Origin: an uncultured Actinomycetes bacterium
Lineage (GTDB): Bacteria; Actinomycetota; Thermoleophilia; UBA2241
NCBI GenBank assembly: GCA_963755025.1
Contig: CAVWIH010000011.1
Coordinates: 64,001 to 128,000 of the forward strand
DNA: 64,000 nucleotides
Direction of reading: 5' to 3'
Shown: in pieces, positions 62,104 through 64,000 of the stretch
Layout of the letters: each line of letters starts with the position of its first letter
Position numbering within the stretch: position 1 is the stretch's first letter
The notes under the pieces: generated by a model
Told to the model about the DNA's origin: nothing
Database searches by the model: none
Seen by the model: the letters and a program-made list of their open reading frames with translations, nothing else
Position numbers and translations under genes: made by a program

Positions 62104-62271
62104 TCAGGAGAAAATCCCTCCCCCTTTCTGATTCCGGCTCAATGTGAGGTCAGCGGGACGTCCTCTCGGAGGTCACCGACAGTATCTCCGTCGCCCTGGA
62201 GTACGCCGAGGCTATGCCCGGCTTCGCGAAAGCCAGGAGGCCGACGGAAGGCAAGGAAGAGGCCACGGAGG
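62104..62271. repeat. Repeat Y copy C
   Basis: TCTCCGTCGCCCTGGAGTACGCCGAGGCTATGCCCGGCTTCGCGAAAGCCAGGAGGCCGACGGAAGGCAAGGAAGAGGCCACGGAGG. Confidence 0.88.
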
Positions 62272-62324
62272 TCACCGCCGGGGCGAGCCTTCTGCGGTTA
62301 GGCCATGAGGGCGGGCCTGGGCGA

Positions 62325-62555
62325 CTACGCTGCCTTCCTCCTCGGAGGGCTCGGACGCCAATTTCTGCGTTTGTCGAGCACCTCGAAGGTTCCCGGCAAG
62401 TACACGAGCCACCTCCCATAGAGATGGTGGCCCGGGATGCGGCCCTCACGTAGCCAGCGGACGACTGTGCTTGTGCTGATCGGGACGTCGTAGCGCTCCC
62501 GAATCGCCGCGGCTGCTTCTTCGGGCGTCTTGAGCCAGTTGCGGATGTCGCTCAT
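62325..62555 (-). CDS. Excisionase-like (HTH_17) DNA-binding protein
   Basis: LKTPEEAA...ISTSTVVRWLREGRIPG...GRWLV winged-helix pattern. Confidence 0.75.
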   Translation of the reverse strand: MSDIRNWLKTPEEAAAAIRERYDVPISTSTVVRWLREGRIPGHHLYGRWLVYLPGTFEVLDKRRNWRPSPPRRKAA

Positions 62556-62649
62556 GGTTTGAAGATTCCCGCATGCGGCTGAGTTGGCTCCAGTCGCCTC
62601 ACTAAGTGTGCGACCCCTGAGTCCTTCCCTGCTCGCCGGTGAGGCTGGG

Positions 62650-62773
62650 GGTTCAGCGCGTGCGCCTCTCCGACGACACGGGCGGTATCGCCGTCGCGTT
62701 CGAGTACGCCGGAGCTATCTCGGGGCCTCTTGAAGAGCAAGAGGCTGACGGAAAGCCAGGAAGAGGCCAGGGA
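62650..62773. repeat. Repeat Y copy D (more diverged)
   Basis: CCGTCGCGTTCGAGTACGCCGGAGCTAT...GAGGCTGACGGAAAGCCAGGAAGAGGCCA. Confidence 0.75.
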
Positions 62774-62966
62774 CGCCCATCAGCGCGTGCGACTTGCTGT
62801 GGTTCCACACAGGGAGCCACGCTTGGGGTTCAGCTTGGCGTGCGACTTCGGGATCCCGCCCAACGCTGCGGTTCGCCTCGTGTACGATGGTGTCGTGCAC
62901 TTGCCTTTGACGCCGCCCTCCAGGCGGCCAGCTAGAGATTCCCTCCGCGCCGCGACGGGGTTCGGG

Positions 62967-64000
62967 ATGGCCTCGCGAAGACTGCTGCGCCTACGCCTGC
63001 TCGCGGCTCTCGTCGTCTGCCTTTTGTGCGTCGGCTTGGTCTGGGGCTTGGCCGCGGCCCTCGCCGCAAGCACCACTCCGCCGCCTCCCGGCAAAGTCGT
63101 CCTGAGGCTCGGGATCACGGGCGATGCTCCCGACGACCTCAACCCGTTCGCCGGGCAGAGTCAGTCGAGCCGCGAGATCTGGTCGCTCAACTACGACCTC
63201 TTGACCGGCCTTGGCACCGACTACGGCCACCCGCAGGGTGCGGCCGCCACGGGGCTTGCCGACCGCTGGACGGTATCGGCCGGCGGCAAGGTCTGGACCT
63301 TCCACATCAGGTCGGGGGTCACCTGGCAGGACGGCGCGCCGCTCACCGCCCACGATGTCGCCTTCACCTACAACTACGTCATCAAGAACCGGCTCACCAA
63401 CTACACGGCCTACACGACCTTCATCAAGAGTGTCGTGGCCCCCGACGACAACACCGTCGTGTTTACCTGCAGCAGGCCCAAGGCCAACATGCTCGACATG
63501 TTGGTCTACATCGTGCCGCAGCATATCTGGGGCTCCCTCCCCGGCCAGACGGTGGCCGACTACGACAACTCGGCGCCGATCGTCGGCAGCGGCCCCTTCC
63601 AGCTCACCCAGTACAGGAAATACGCCTACGCTGTGCTGACGGCCAACCCCACATACTGGGGCGGCGCGCCCAAGATCGACGAGGTCGACTTCGTCTACTA
63701 CCGCGACGCCGACACGATGATGCACGATCTCGCGACGGGTTCGTTGCAAGGGGGCTGGGGTCTGAGCGAGGCGCAGTATCAGCAGCTCCGCGGGAGCTCC
63801 ACCTACAGTCCCGCCGCCTACGTCACCCCGGCCGTCGACGAGCTCGGCTTCAACTGCTACACGGGCCCCTCGCTGGGCAATCCCGTCCTCAGGGACTGGC
63901 GCTTCCGTCAGGCCCTGCAGTGGGCGGTCGACCACAACAAGCTCGTGCAGATCGCCTACGGCGGCCTCGCCCAGCCGGCCACCTCGGTGCTCGTCTCGCA
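62967..64000 (+). CDS. ABC transporter substrate-binding protein, family 5 (OppA/DppA-like), runs off window
   Basis: Signal peptide; LADRWTVS..GKVWTFHIRSGVTWQDGAPLTAHDVAFTY, VGSGPF and NPHYWG. Confidence 0.9.
   Translation, partial: MASRRLLRLRLLAALVVCLLCVGLVWGLAAALAASTTPPPPGKVVLRLGITGDAPDDLNPFAGQSQSSREIWSLNYDLLTGLGTDYGHPQGAAATGLADRWTVSAGGKVWTFHIRSGVTWQDGAPLTAHDVAFTYNYVIKNRLTNYTAYTTFIKSVVAPDDNTVVFTCSRPKANMLDMLVYIVPQHIWGSLPGQTVADYDNSAPIVGSGPFQLTQYRKYAYAVLTANPTYWGGAPKIDEVDFVYYRDADTMMHDLATGSLQGGWGLSEAQYQQLRGSSTYSPAAYVTPAVDELGFNCYTGPSLGNPVLRDWRFRQALQWAVDHNKLVQIAYGGLAQPATSVLVS

Larger units (their letters stand above)
36430..64000. mobile_element. Composite genomic island downstream of serS (right end not in window)
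   Basis: Drop in GC3 bias, integrase, tRNA fragment, phage packaging genes, IS481, dispersed repeats and mosaic cargo. Confidence 0.7.

Noticed and set aside
55277-62773. Classical integron with attC sites
   Set aside because: No IntI is present, the repeats lack RYYYAAC/GTTRRRY ends, and an isolated GTTAGGT near 57093 has no partner.
1-64000. Many long overlapping antisense or alternate-frame ORFs in the ORF track
   Set aside because: These are Arg/Pro/Ala-rich shadow ORFs typical of very high-GC DNA, lying opposite recognisable genes.

Overview
High-GC bacterial chromosome segment, probably a deep-branching actinobacterium such as Thermoleophilia. The inference rests on an actinobacterial pknB-pbpA-rodA-pstP-fhaB-fhaA-tRNA-Leu cluster combined with Firmicutes-like tmk-holB-ricT synteny. 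Bases 1-36.4 kb are housekeeping: inositol-lipid genes, tRNA-Lys, holB, tmk, an archaeal-looking topA, transporters, the PknB cluster, tRNA-Leu, pheA, mntH/mntR, an L,D-transpeptidase and serS. Single-base frameshifts in essential genes (holB, topA, rodA) indicate assembly indel errors, so frameshifts elsewhere are not proof of pseudogenes. From about 36.4 kb to the window end is a composite island. It holds a tyrosine integrase with a Zn-ribbon insert, a tRNA-Phe 3' fragment in attP-like configuration, and a ParB-methylase/TerS/TerL packaging module with no capsid or portal genes. It then carries a non-pyrrolysine MttB/corrinoid demethylation module, an NlpC/P60 gene, two divergent RCC1-repeat arrays and an IS481. 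Finally, at 55-63 kb, co-oriented cargo modules are separated by two families of conserved 87-170 bp repeats, some preceded by tRNA-Ser-like 3' fragments. This repeat-punctuated cargo array and the structural-gene-less terminase element are the best candidates for an undescribed system.
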